Shown one piece after another: positions 18,197-28,034 of a stretch of 55,052 nucleotides of DNA. Positions within the stretch are counted from its first letter, which is position 1. Each line of letters begins with the position of its first letter. The translations under genes and the position numbers were made by a program. Under the pieces are notes generated by a model. It was not told the origin of the DNA. It did not search any database and was given only the letters and a program-made list of their open reading frames with translations. Source of the stretch: a virus (Duplodnaviria > Caudoviricetes). The stretch lies in the IMG/VR virus record IMGVR_UViG_3300045993_000305, positions 1 through 55,052 of that record, one strand, 5' to 3'.

Positions 18197-18873
18197 TGTT
18201 GCGCTCCGGCTGCTTGGTTGACGATGCCCCCCATTTGCGGCGGACGCGCTTGAGGCGGCCCTGCCTGCGGCGGACCCGGCTGGGTGGGCGGCTGACCCGA
18301 TGGCCCAGCGGGAGGAGGTTGCTCAGCTTGACCGCGACCGGGAATCTTGCTGATGTCCTGCTCGATGCCGGCCTGCGTCAGCGATTGCTTCGCCTCGATG
18401 GCGCGGGCGTCGGTGATCTGGCCGTCGCGCCCCATGTTCTGGCCCCAGATACGCAGCCCCTCATACAGCGCGGCTTCGGCCACGTCCTGCGACTGCTCCT
18501 CGCTGACGATGCCGGCCGCGGTGGCGATGTCCACGATCTGGGACACCACCTCCTGCCCGGCGTTGTACAGGATCTCCTCTGGGATCTCCTGATCGCTCTG
18601 GGCGACGGTCTGCACGAGCGAAGTCATTACCATCGCCGCGGTGTGGCCGATCTCCTTCGAGATGTTGTTCGCCCCGGCCTTCAGCTTTTCCAGCATGGGG
18701 ACGATGCGATCGTCGGAGTAGAGCATCTCCATCGCTTTGTAGACGATGGTGTCGTATTGCTGTTGCTCTTCCGGTGTGACGTTGGGCTCCTCGCCATCGA
18801 ACGCGGCGCGCTCGTCTGGGCTGGACTCAATCTGCTTGGCCTGAGCTGCGACGTTTTTGTTTTCCGGTTTCAT
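18193..18873 (-). CDS. Hypothetical acidic helical protein of the ejection cluster
   Basis: ATGA overlaps on both sides; Pro/Gln-rich tail. Confidence 0.75.
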   Translation of the reverse strand: MKPENKNVAAQAKQIESSPDERAAFDGEEPNVTPEEQQQYDTIVYKAMEMLYSDDRIVPMLEKLKAGANNISKEIGHTAAMVMTSLVQTVAQSDQEIPEEILYNAGQEVVSQIVDIATAAGIVSEEQSQDVAEAALYEGLRIWGQNMGRDGQITDARAIEAKQSLTQAGIEQDISKIPGRGQAEQPPPAGPSGQPPTQPGPPQAGPPQARPPQMGGIVNQAAGAQQ

Positions 18874-19667
18874 GGCTTGGGTGCCCCTGTGATTAGACCC
18901 GTGACCGAATCGACCACGCCGGTGTTGTACCGTCCGCCCGGACTTGGGTTCGTCAGTATCGGGCTCGAATTGAGGCGCACGCGATCGGTTCTGTCTTGCT
19001 GGTACCGAGCATCAGCCGATTCCTGCTGGCTCTTCTGCGCGAACATTCCGATGCCGGTCTTCAGACCCTCGGTGCCGAACGTCATGGCCGCCTTCGAGAC
19101 GACGGGGTTCTTTTCCATCCACGTCATCAGGCTGTTCCCGCCAGCTTCGGCCGCGGTCTTGCCCGCGCTGGCGGCGGTCTGGACGCCGCTCTTCACGCCG
19201 CTCACCGCCGCATCAGTTCCGACTCCACCGAACCCGCTGCTGGTGGTGGGCGCAGAAGCGAACGCTCCGCCACCGCCTTCGGCCGCGCCGCTGAGCGCGT
19301 CTGCCCCGGCCAGCGCAATGTCTCCGGCGGTGGTAGCGGCAATCGTTGCGCCGATGCCCTCGGTCGCGATTCCGCCGGCCGCAAGATCTGCGGCGCCCGA
19401 CATCACGCCGGCGGAGATGTTGGCGGCTGAGGCGACGCTCGCTGCCGTCACCGCAGCCTCCGCGGCAATGGCCCCGGTGCCCGCCAGACCTACCATCTGG
19501 CCCGCAGCAGTGATACCCGGAAGGCTCGCCGCGAATGCGGACCCCCCGGCCGCCAGCGCAACGCCGGCGGTGAAGTAGACGGCCGCCGCGATTGCGATGA
19601 CCTTAAAGATCTTCGATGAGATGACCTTCTTGAAGACCTTGCCGATTTTCTTGAGAATGCCACTCAT
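18870..19667 (-). CDS. Putative membrane-penetrating ejection protein
   Basis: Amphipathic basic N-terminus ILKKIGKVFKKVI, then a long Gly/Ala hydrophobic tract. Confidence 0.75.
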   Translation of the reverse strand: MSGILKKIGKVFKKVISSKIFKVIAIAAAVYFTAGVALAAGGSAFAASLPGITAAGQMVGLAGTGAIAAEAAVTAASVASAANISAGVMSGAADLAAGGIATEGIGATIAATTAGDIALAGADALSGAAEGGGGAFASAPTTSSGFGGVGTDAAVSGVKSGVQTAASAGKTAAEAGGNSLMTWMEKNPVVSKAAMTFGTEGLKTGIGMFAQKSQQESADARYQQDRTDRVRLNSSPILTNPSPGGRYNTGVVDSVTGLITGAPKP

Positions 19668-20116
19668 GTCGATACCCTTTGTTTGGTGAAGATCCCGCCG
19701 ACGTGCTCGAACCCTCGGCGGCGATACAATGCTTCGGTGCGCTTGGAGCTCGCTGCCCTGTGCGATACGCCCATGAGCAGTTGATCAACTTTGCGTTCAT
19801 CAAACGCCCAAGATGTGAAACGGTCGAGCAGCTTCTTTCCCGCGCCCACCTCTTCTGCGTACATCGCGATGTCTGTCGCGTAGCGCAGGTCACAGTAGAC
19901 ATACTGCTCTTCCTGACCCATCAGGAACCCAACGATCTTGGCTCCAGACTCAGCGACGAAAATGCACGTCTGCTTCCCGGTGATGAGCTGCGCCAGCAAC
20001 AGCTTTGCCTTCGACTCGTTGAAATGGTAGCGCGCGTTGTCGCTTGCGGCGTGCCCCCTCTTCCCTATCTCGATGAGCGCCGGAACGTCATCGAACGTCG
20101 CCCTCCGAATCAGCAT
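19664..20116 (-). CDS. GNAT-family acetyltransferase
   Basis: IRRATFDDVPAL, FVAESGAKIVGF, GAGKKLL, LYRRRGF. Confidence 0.88.
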   Translation of the reverse strand: MLIRRATFDDVPALIEIGKRGHAASDNARYHFNESKAKLLLAQLITGKQTCIFVAESGAKIVGFLMGQEEQYVYCDLRYATDIAMYAEEVGAGKKLLDRFTSWAFDERKVDQLLMGVSHRAASSKRTEALYRRRGFEHVGGIFTKQRVST

Positions 20117-20117
20117 G

Positions 20118-21866
20118 CTATTGGCCGCCGCTGGTGGTGTCGGTGTAGGGGACCGTGTTGACTATCCCGGTCCCGGTACCTGTTCCGGTTCCCGTACCAG
20201 TCCCGGTCCCCGTGCCTGTCCCGGTGTTCGCCTTGAAGATAGGGGCGATCCAACCCTTTGGCATGGGTCCGCCAGCGTAGAGGGACACGAGCGTGTTGGC
20301 CCGGTTGTTCTTTTCGTCTGGCTCCAGCTCGGACGCGAAGATCTGGTTCAGCTGCGTATTGAAGTTTGTGTAGTTGCTCTGCTCGATGGCCAGCAAATTC
20401 TGCTGCGTGGTGTAGTTCTGCTGGTTCGTCACGCGAGCGATGTCGAACGAGTTTTGCAGATTCAATTCCTCAAGGCGCTGCGCTAAAGCGGACTTGTCGC
20501 CCTCCTGCTTCAGCAACGCGATCTTGTAGTCGTTCGACAGCGAGTTGTCCTGCATCAGCAACTTGAGCTTGTCGTCCTTGTCGAAGCGATAATTGTTCTG
20601 CTGGAACAGGGCGTAGGCTTTTTGCAGGTCGATGACCTTGCCCTTCTCCATCGACAGGAACTCGTTGGCGATCGTCTGGTTGGTCAGCGCCTGCTTCTGG
20701 TACGTCGCAGAGTCTTGCTTCGCCGCTTCCAGAGCGGTGGCGTTCATCGCCTCTTCTCCGCCCTGAGCGGCCATTGAGGTGTTCTGGAGCCCTCGCTGGT
20801 TGGCGGCCTGAATGGCTCTCGCCTTCGCCGCTTCGATCAGCGGGTTGCCTGACTTGAGGATGTCGCCCAGCTGCCCGGACACGGTCTGGTTCCGCTGCAC
20901 CTCGGCCATGACCGGGTCGATGTTGTCGTCGATCGGCGTGTTCGGCAACCCATTTGCTCCGAGCGTCCAGCTCTGGTTGCTGTTGACGTTGGCGCCGGCG
21001 TTGACGATGCCGCCGGTGTTGACGTACGGTGATCCGGTGCTGACCGCGGGAACAGTAACTGTGCCGCCACCTCCGCCGGCTCCAGCGCCAGATCCAGTTC
21101 CGGCGCCCGTCCCCCACCGGCGATCCCAGTCGGCGAGGATAGCGGATTCCGCGCCAGAGGGCGGAGAGAAGAACGATGGACGAGGAGGCGCTTTGCCGTC
21201 AGGCATTGGATCGTTCATCGCGAAGTTCGGGGATCCGTCGGCAAGCAACGGACTATTGCGGTCGACCGTAGTCGCCGGAGTCGCCGGATTCGCTGTGGCC
21301 GGAGTTAGGCTCTTGATGTACGCCTGCTCTTCCGGCGTGTAGGTGGCCACCTGAGCGGGCGTCAATCCACGCAGGTGCGCGGTCAGCGCGGCGTCGCCAA
21401 CGAGCTGCGACGTCCACCCATACTTGTCGCGGAACGCAGCCGCATCGATCGATGTTCTCGCGGGACCGCCCATGAGCGCGAGGATCTCTTTCTGGTCGGC
21501 CTCGTTGAAGCGCGACATCTCCGATGCCTGCGTCCTTTTCAGGGCGGCCGTCAGCTCGGCGTCCGTCTTGTAGGCGCTGGTCCACGGGTTGTTCTGTTTG
21601 AACGTGTCCAGCCACGGGGTGAGCGGAGTTGCTTTCGCCACCTCTGGCGTCAGTTTCGGCTGGGCTGTGGCGCTGTCGATGACGCCCGTGACGGGGGCGG
21701 TGACTGGGGTAGACGCGGCGGCTGCGTCCTTGAACATCTGGACGTAAGCGGGGTCGTACGTCGCCTTCGTCGCCTCGTCCATCGCATTGAAGTCATTCGC
21801 CAACGTGGCGTCGTCCTTCACTTTGGACCAGCTGAATTCGTTCTTGAAGTCTGCGATGCTTGGCAT
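20118..21866 (-). CDS. Putative ejection protein with three N-terminal repeats
   Basis: TVSGQLGDIL...NQRGLQNTSMAAQGG motif of podoviral ejection proteins; Gln/Asn coiled coil; (TG)n tail. Confidence 0.75.
   Translation of the reverse strand: MPSIADFKNEFSWSKVKDDATLANDFNAMDEATKATYDPAYVQMFKDAAAASTPVTAPVTGVIDSATAQPKLTPEVAKATPLTPWLDTFKQNNPWTSAYKTDAELTAALKRTQASEMSRFNEADQKEILALMGGPARTSIDAAAFRDKYGWTSQLVGDAALTAHLRGLTPAQVATYTPEEQAYIKSLTPATANPATPATTVDRNSPLLADGSPNFAMNDPMPDGKAPPRPSFFSPPSGAESAILADWDRRWGTGAGTGSGAGAGGGGGTVTVPAVSTGSPYVNTGGIVNAGANVNSNQSWTLGANGLPNTPIDDNIDPVMAEVQRNQTVSGQLGDILKSGNPLIEAAKARAIQAANQRGLQNTSMAAQGGEEAMNATALEAAKQDSATYQKQALTNQTIANEFLSMEKGKVIDLQKAYALFQQNNYRFDKDDKLKLLMQDNSLSNDYKIALLKQEGDKSALAQRLEELNLQNSFDIARVTNQQNYTTQQNLLAIEQSNYTNFNTQLNQIFASELEPDEKNNRANTLVSLYAGGPMPKGWIAPIFKANTGTGTGTGTGTGTGTGTGTGIVNTVPYTDTTSGGQ
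20164..20226 (-). repeat. (Thr-Gly)n coding repeat
   Basis: About ten ACN-GGN hexamers with varied third positions. Confidence 0.8.
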
Positions 21867-21867
21867 G

Positions 21868-22116
21868 TCAGCCTCTCTTCACCAGTCCGTTGACGATCCC
21901 CTTCACCGGGACCGGGCCCGTCTGCCCGGCTCGATTCGTCAGCTGCATCGATGACGTCGGTAGTATGCGTGGGTCTGGATCCGACATCTTTGCGCCCGGA
22001 GCCGGCGACGGCGCCGACATCTTGGCCGGAAGCGGCTTCGCCCCGGTCGACCCTCTGAGATCCGGCTTGGCCGCAACCACGTTGGTCCTCTGTTTTACCG
22101 ATCCGAATGTGTTCAT
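21868..22116 (-). CDS. Small basic hypothetical protein
   Basis: Fills the gap exactly, with 1 nt spacing on both sides. Confidence 0.65.
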   Translation of the reverse strand: MNTFGSVKQRTNVVAAKPDLRGSTGAKPLPAKMSAPSPAPGAKMSDPDPRILPTSSMQLTNRAGQTGPVPVKGIVNGLVKRG

Positions 22117-22117
22117 C

Positions 22118-23965
22118 TCAGTCCCATGCTGTAGTTACGTTTCGAGTTGTGATAAGCCAATTCGACGATGTTCCGCCAACGGTTAGCACGCACGTTTTGG
22201 TTGCGCCCGGACGCAGGTCTGTCGTGGCGCGTAGCTGGATCGTATTTCCGTTCACGCAGCTCGCCGACCCTGCCGTCCACGCTCCGGCCGAGACTGACAT
22301 CTCGAACCCCGGTGTGATCGTGGCCAGTATCGGCTGCCCCGCGGTGATGCCAGCCAAAGTGATGATGTTCGAGTACGTCAGAACCCCGGGCATCAGATCC
22401 GTTTTCGCCGTGAGCGATATCGCGTCCGGGGTGATGTCCACGCCGGTGCTGCCGGAGCACAGGTTGACGTGCATCGAGCCGATCTTTGCGGTGAAATTGC
22501 ACGACTGAGTGCCAACCGCAGGCACCACCATCCGCAACGTCAGAGTATCTCCCGCCACGACTGAGACAGCGCCGATGTTGTACCACAGCGGGTCCGCGCT
22601 CTTTTTGTACTGATGAAACGTGCCGCCGCTTGTGGCGAACGTGATCGGAACCGACTCCTCGATGTCAGTTACGGTGAACATGGATCCCGTAGCAATCGCC
22701 CCGGGAGCCACGGGAGCAACGATCGGCAGAAAGACTTGGCTCGGCGTAGTGACGTTCGGCCGCGTTGCGACCTCGTAGTTCGCCGCGAACGATCCAGCGA
22801 TTGCGGCGGCAAATGCTGTATCGTAGGTGGACGGGGTCGTTACCCACACCTCGACCTCTGTGCCGTTGTAGACTGGCCACGAGTAAACGTCGTCGTGCGT
22901 CTCCTCTGACGGACCCACAGCATCTACCGTGTTCAAAACGTTGACGTAGCGCGCGGTGAATGGCCACAACAAACCAAAGTACCCGTACAAGCCGTCGTCG
23001 ATCACAACGACTCCGCTGTTCCAAGCCACAGAATCGCAATCTGCAATCCTGATCGTCTTCAATTTGACGCGCTGCCCTCTTGGCAAATCAAGCACCTTGT
23101 CCAGAGGCGTCACGGTGGGCGTGCGGTCTGGGACGGTGCTGATGGTAGAGAACCCAAGACTCATGCCGTGCAACCACAGCACGTCTCCGTTCCCCTCGTT
23201 ATAGAGGGACGGAAGCAGGATCATCCGGCGCAGCTGGAACGAGTCTCCGTCAGTGAAGGTGCCAACCAGATAGTCGAACCAGCGCCCATCGTTGTTCTTC
23301 TGGACCTGCGTTATGGTAGACCCGCCCGTTGCGTACCAAATGAACGACAGCGGCTGGCTCAAACCTCCGGGGGCGCTGATGTCGATAACGTTCGAGTAGA
23401 TCCACTCCCGCAGCGGACACCCGGTCTGCGAAACGAACGACACAGCAGAGAAGCGCGTGTCGTTTGAGAACAGCCGAATCTTGACGTAGTCAACCTGTAC
23501 CGTAGCCGATCCGGTCCCGCTGGACATGCGCGCCGACAGCGCGCAGTAGCCCTGCATCGTGAAATGACTCGGAGTCATGTCGCCCATGATGGCGCTGACA
23601 TCTGACGACCCGAACGTATGCACGGTCCAGTCATACGACAGATCGACCTCGCCAAAATCGTAGTAGGAGTCGAGGTAGCACAACATCTTGACGTCAACGT
23701 CCGAGCGAGACTTGCGGGCGCGCACCTCAAATTCGACGCCAACAACGGTATCGGTAGCGTTCATCCCGACGAGCAGAGCCGCCGGCCAATCTGATGCGCT
23801 AAGTTCAGGGGTGAGCGCCTCGGTGTATCCGTATGGGTAGTTCAGGCTGCGCGAAACGGTAACCGACGCGTAGGAGCCGTCCTCGATCAAAATGTTGTCC
23901 GCGTTCAGCCACTGCGTGCCGCCATAGGCGCTGGTGGGCGAGAACAAGGCCGTTGCTGTGCTCAT
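22118..23965 (-). CDS. Tail-associated beta-sandwich repeat protein
   Basis: N-terminal lectin-like beta domain (VGVEFEVRAR, VDYVKIRLF), then repeats of the TPDAISL...YSNIITLAG...NG-x-T-x-QLR type. Confidence 0.7.
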   Translation of the reverse strand: MSTATALFSPTSAYGGTQWLNADNILIEDGSYASVTVSRSLNYPYGYTEALTPELSASDWPAALLVGMNATDTVVGVEFEVRARKSRSDVDVKMLCYLDSYYDFGEVDLSYDWTVHTFGSSDVSAIMGDMTPSHFTMQGYCALSARMSSGTGSATVQVDYVKIRLFSNDTRFSAVSFVSQTGCPLREWIYSNVIDISAPGGLSQPLSFIWYATGGSTITQVQKNNDGRWFDYLVGTFTDGDSFQLRRMILLPSLYNEGNGDVLWLHGMSLGFSTISTVPDRTPTVTPLDKVLDLPRGQRVKLKTIRIADCDSVAWNSGVVVIDDGLYGYFGLLWPFTARYVNVLNTVDAVGPSEETHDDVYSWPVYNGTEVEVWVTTPSTYDTAFAAAIAGSFAANYEVATRPNVTTPSQVFLPIVAPVAPGAIATGSMFTVTDIEESVPITFATSGGTFHQYKKSADPLWYNIGAVSVVAGDTLTLRMVVPAVGTQSCNFTAKIGSMHVNLCSGSTGVDITPDAISLTAKTDLMPGVLTYSNIITLAGITAGQPILATITPGFEMSVSAGAWTAGSASCVNGNTIQLRATTDLRPGATKTCVLTVGGTSSNWLITTRNVTTAWD

Positions 23966-23968
23966 GTA

Positions 23969-25513
23969 TCAGTCCCACGGGTTGGATGATACCCAGAACG
24001 ATGACCCGTCCCAGTAGAAGTTGACGAACGTCACCGCGTTCGCTGCCGAGGCGATGGTTGGGAGCGCGTTGCCGAGGCAATACGCAGCCGCAAACCCGAC
24101 CCACGTCGGAGCCCGGCTCCCGGTACCGTCCTGCACAATTCGCAGCTGGTACTTCCCGATCGGCAGGCTCGTGCTGTTGATCGTCAGGGCGGGAGTGGCC
24201 GCGTTCAGCGTGATGCTTTGGAACGGGCCATTGAGGAAGTCGATCGTCTTCGCGGCGCCGGAGTTTCCGTTGGCGTATTCTGCCGGCGACCCGATCGGAC
24301 CAGAGAACAGGGTGCGAAGCGAGGTGACGGTCAGCGTCCCCTTGCCGGCGGACCCGTTGGTGCCACCGGCAGACGCGATCTTGGCGTCATACAGTTGGGC
24401 GCCGGCCGCTGACCTGAAGTCAAGGCGCGCGGTGGTTGCAGTGGCGTCGCCGATGGTGACGATCGGGAGCGTGTACCCGGCCCCGAAATACGTCTGCTCT
24501 GTCACCCCGGCCAGCAGCGACACAGTGTTGAAGTCGTTGAACAGGGTCGGGTATGCGCCCTGTTCCAGCTTCATGTTCCTGATAATTATACCATACGCGG
24601 TGGCGCTGACCCCTGAGAACTCGACGGAAAACGCCATCCAGACCGTAGACGCCGGAGCGGTGGCCGTGACAGAGTAGACCGCGTTGGCGGTAGCCGGGAG
24701 CGCAGCTCCTGACGTCGCCAATCCAATCAACGAGCTCGCTCCGTCATAGAAGCGCAAGGTGGGAACGCCGGCGCCGGCAGACATGCCAGTCGTGTCGATC
24801 TGGACGGACCCGGTTACCTGCTGCCCGACTCCGCACGCTATCCACCCCCCGGTCACAGGCTTGTGATCGAAAGATCCGGCGATGCCTCCGGTGTTGATCC
24901 AGTGCGGGCCACGATGGTCCCAGTTGCGCGACAGGCTCGTGGTCCACCAACCGCTCCCGGTGTTGCCAGAGGGATCCTTCAGCACGTTGTGCCCGCCCAC
25001 CTGCCACCGGCATTGCCCCCCGGTGTACGCGAGGTAAGAGCCGGCGTTGACTGTCGCCGTGTCTGGGATGTCGCGCGTCGGCGTGCCCCAGAACACGATG
25101 GATCCATCCGTCAACAGCGGCCCAACCTTGTGGTCGATGGCCGGCAGGCCAGTCAAGCCAGCGGAGTACGAGGACAGCTGAGACAGGTTGACCGGCTCGT
25201 CCGCCGCGAGAGCGTTGGGCAGGTTGCGGATGCGGTACGGAGACACGCTGATGTCGGCTTGCAGGGAAGACGACAGCACGAGATCTCCCGACGAATTGAA
25301 CTGCATCAGTTTTCCGGCTCGCTGTACGGGAGTCTCGACGATGCGGTGATCGGTCAGGCTCTCGTCGGCAGGGAGCTTGATCGCGGTGTTCAGCTCGGCT
25401 TGCACGGTGGAGAACCCGACCTCGGCTCCTTGCATCTCGGCGTTCACCTCAGACGCTTTGGCGACCGACCCAGAGATCAGCTGGTTGACGAAGTTGTAGA
25501 AGCGGTTGCTCAT
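23969..25513 (-). CDS. Tail fibre protein
   Basis: AKASEVNAE anchor, RIRNLPNA-x-x-x-DEPVNLSQL knob, carbohydrate-binding-like domain (MKLEQGAYPT), C-terminal IVQDGTGSRAPTW domain. Confidence 0.8.
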   Translation of the reverse strand: MSNRFYNFVNQLISGSVAKASEVNAEMQGAEVGFSTVQAELNTAIKLPADESLTDHRIVETPVQRAGKLMQFNSSGDLVLSSSLQADISVSPYRIRNLPNALAADEPVNLSQLSSYSAGLTGLPAIDHKVGPLLTDGSIVFWGTPTRDIPDTATVNAGSYLAYTGGQCRWQVGGHNVLKDPSGNTGSGWWTTSLSRNWDHRGPHWINTGGIAGSFDHKPVTGGWIACGVGQQVTGSVQIDTTGMSAGAGVPTLRFYDGASSLIGLATSGAALPATANAVYSVTATAPASTVWMAFSVEFSGVSATAYGIIIRNMKLEQGAYPTLFNDFNTVSLLAGVTEQTYFGAGYTLPIVTIGDATATTARLDFRSAAGAQLYDAKIASAGGTNGSAGKGTLTVTSLRTLFSGPIGSPAEYANGNSGAAKTIDFLNGPFQSITLNAATPALTINSTSLPIGKYQLRIVQDGTGSRAPTWVGFAAAYCLGNALPTIASAANAVTFVNFYWDGSSFWVSSNPWD

Positions 25514-25926
25514 GGTTGGTTGCCCCAGATTGTGGATTTCAGACTATTGAAGGTGTCGTATGCAAGCGTGAGTACATAGTTGCGATCGGCGTCGAGCATG
25601 GGGACGTACGTTCCCTCGTTGTCCTCGCTGTAGTAGAACGCGATCTTGGTGACGTCGAACCCGGAGTAGGTGTGCTCGGCCTTCACCCACTTCGTTGCGT
25701 TGCCTGAGCCCCGGAACCAATACTTGCGCGCCGGCAGCGCGGCGGTGCCCGGGGACGCCTCCGCTCGCGTGACGGAGTTGGTGTAGTTCCACAGCGGAGA
25801 GATGCCAACGGCAGTCGCCAAGTTCACCGCGGCGAGGTTGTTACGCAGGATGTCCAGAGGCAGCGAGCTGGCTCCGGTCGGGATCTCGGGCTGGTACGGA
25901 CGCCATACCGACAGGCGGACGGTCAT
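25510..25926 (-). CDS. Small tail-associated protein
   Basis: ATGA overlaps on both sides; MTVRLSVWRPY... Confidence 0.7.
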   Translation of the reverse strand: MTVRLSVWRPYQPEIPTGASSLPLDILRNNLAAVNLATAVGISPLWNYTNSVTRAEASPGTAALPARKYWFRGSGNATKWVKAEHTYSGFDVTKIAFYYSEDNEGTYVPMLDADRNYVLTLAYDTFNSLKSTIWGNQP

Positions 25927-28034
25927 CGCTTGATCCCGTAGAGCGAGAACTGCAACAGGCCAGCGGAAATCGTGAACGGTTGCGCGGTGTTGGTGTCGTG
26001 GTACAGCGTGATCGCGGCGTTGCGCCCGATGCCATCGATGTTCACCTCCGGCGCAGTGAGAACACCGCTGTCCCAGAAGAATTGCTCCCACTGCGAGATG
26101 TCCCACTGGCCGCCGGTGGCTCCGGTGGGGGCGACGAAGTTCCCGGTCTGCGCTCCGGTGCCGTAATCGAAGTCCAAGTGGACGCGCAGGTCAAGCGTGG
26201 CCGGGGTTTCCATCTCCAGCGTCAGCTTGTGGAACCGCTTCTCGCGATCCGGGTGCCCGTAGTAGCAGAACGGCAGCTGCGCGATCGATTGGATGCTGTC
26301 TCCCGCGAAAGACGACCCGTAATCGCACACCATGACGTGTCCGGTCGAGGTTCCCATGAACACTCCGGCCTTTCCGTCCACGACTCCGGTGCAGGCGCAC
26401 GTCATCTGGTCGGCGTACACGCACTTCGACCAACCCATCAGCTTGTTAGCATAGAATGTAGCAATAAGGAACGTTTTGTCATCAAAGAATAGACGGTACT
26501 GGCTTTTGCTGGGCACCGAGAACCCGAAAATAGCTCTCGGAGCCATGACGTCGAGCGTCTTCCGCACGTTGCGCGAGATCTGCTGCGTCGTGTAGTCCTG
26601 AAAGGTAGGCGGAGCAGGCGTCAGCCAGCTCACGCCAGAGGTATCGAGGAACAGCGTCTGTCCGCCCACCGCGGCGAGCGTTCCGGCGACGCCGATCATC
26701 TCGTCGGCGATGACGCGCACGTTCCAGTCCTGATCACTGGTGCCGGTGATCATGTGGACGCTCTTTTCTGCGGCTACGGCGAGCGTGTTGTTGCCGTTCG
26801 ACTTCATTCCGATCGGCTGATCCCCGATGGCCAGCTCGCTCGCGCCGAATCGCACGCTCCACACCATTGGTTGTCCGGTCGAGCTGTTCTGGATCGATCC
26901 GCCGTCGTACGCGAGGAACAGGTGGTTGCGATGCGCCTCGATGTACTTCGGGTGCGTCGTCATCGTGTTGCTGAAGTACATCAGGTAGGTTCCGTCGAAG
27001 CAATACGGGTCGTTGTAGCCGTCTACACCATAGATGGCTTTGCGGTTCTGGTTGCCGTAGAAGTTCGTCTCGATCGTGCCGTGCCGCGCGAGCTCCAGTC
27101 CGCTCGAAATCGTCGGCGTTGTCATGGCTCCGTTGACCAACGCTCGTTTTGCGGGCCCGATGCGGATCTCCTCGTTGTCAACGAAGACCCCCACCACGTC
27201 GGTCAGGAACAGGCGACCCTGTGCGTAGGACGGGCCGGCGAAGTTACCGAACTCGATGTTGATCTCGTACACCGTAGCGGTCGCAGAGCTGACGCTGCCG
27301 ACGATCGAGTCGCCGCGGAGCAGCTCCGCGGTCCCGTTGTCGAACGGAAGGTACGGCATCGCCGTGATCGCCGCGAAGGTGGATGAGTTGACCAGCACCT
27401 GCTTCGTGACGTCAGCCGGATTCGAGATCCAGCCGTACAGCACGTCCTCGAACGTGAAGATTCCAAGCAGCGGACGCTCCACCGCCGACCCGATCAGTGG
27501 GCCAGAGAAGCTGCGGTAGTAGCTCTTCGCCGCCTCTTTCCACTCCAAGTGCTTGCTGTCCGACAGCTCTGCGGCTTGCAGCGCCCCGTTGTATGTGGAT
27601 CCGATGGTGTAAGTGGTGCCGTTGATGTACACGCTGTCGCCGTCGACCGGCTGGTAGAGCGATGGATCCGCCACCATTGGAGCAAACGCCAGAATCAGCC
27701 ATCCGGCGGCCGTTCCAGACCCCCAGTCTCCGCTCGTCACCTCATACGCAACCAACGGTACGGTCGACCACAGGAAGCTGGGCGTGACAGAGACAGTGCT
27801 GTCGAGATACGGCTCGCGCGTGCCGTCGGTGAAGGCCAGCTTGACGTATGTCTCCTCCTCAGCAACGGGCCACGATCCGGGCCAGTCTTCGTACCCGCCG
27901 ATGCGCTTGTATCCGCCGCCGGGCAGGCACTCGTAGTTCTGAAGGAACGCCGCGCTGCCGGGCTTTTGCGTGAACTGCGGGTCTTCTTCGTTGAGCCCGC
28001 CCTGTAGCCGGAATTGTGAGGAGAGCCAACCCAT
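25923..28034 (-). CDS. Tail nozzle/stabilisation protein (P22 gp10 / tubular B-like)
   Basis: GGLN, GGYKRIGGY, HRNHLFLA, EKRFHKL, WDISQWEQFFWD; follows the adaptor gene. Confidence 0.82.
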   Translation of the reverse strand: MGWLSSQFRLQGGLNEEDPQFTQKPGSAAFLQNYECLPGGGYKRIGGYEDWPGSWPVAEEETYVKLAFTDGTREPYLDSTVSVTPSFLWSTVPLVAYEVTSGDWGSGTAAGWLILAFAPMVADPSLYQPVDGDSVYINGTTYTIGSTYNGALQAAELSDSKHLEWKEAAKSYYRSFSGPLIGSAVERPLLGIFTFEDVLYGWISNPADVTKQVLVNSSTFAAITAMPYLPFDNGTAELLRGDSIVGSVSSATATVYEINIEFGNFAGPSYAQGRLFLTDVVGVFVDNEEIRIGPAKRALVNGAMTTPTISSGLELARHGTIETNFYGNQNRKAIYGVDGYNDPYCFDGTYLMYFSNTMTTHPKYIEAHRNHLFLAYDGGSIQNSSTGQPMVWSVRFGASELAIGDQPIGMKSNGNNTLAVAAEKSVHMITGTSDQDWNVRVIADEMIGVAGTLAAVGGQTLFLDTSGVSWLTPAPPTFQDYTTQQISRNVRKTLDVMAPRAIFGFSVPSKSQYRLFFDDKTFLIATFYANKLMGWSKCVYADQMTCACTGVVDGKAGVFMGTSTGHVMVCDYGSSFAGDSIQSIAQLPFCYYGHPDREKRFHKLTLEMETPATLDLRVHLDFDYGTGAQTGNFVAPTGATGGQWDISQWEQFFWDSGVLTAPEVNIDGIGRNAAITLYHDTNTAQPFTISAGLLQFSLYGIKR

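Noticed and set aside
20164-20226. Hexamer repeat as a phase-variable tract
   Set aside because: Third positions are diversified and the unit is in frame, so it is a protein-level linker
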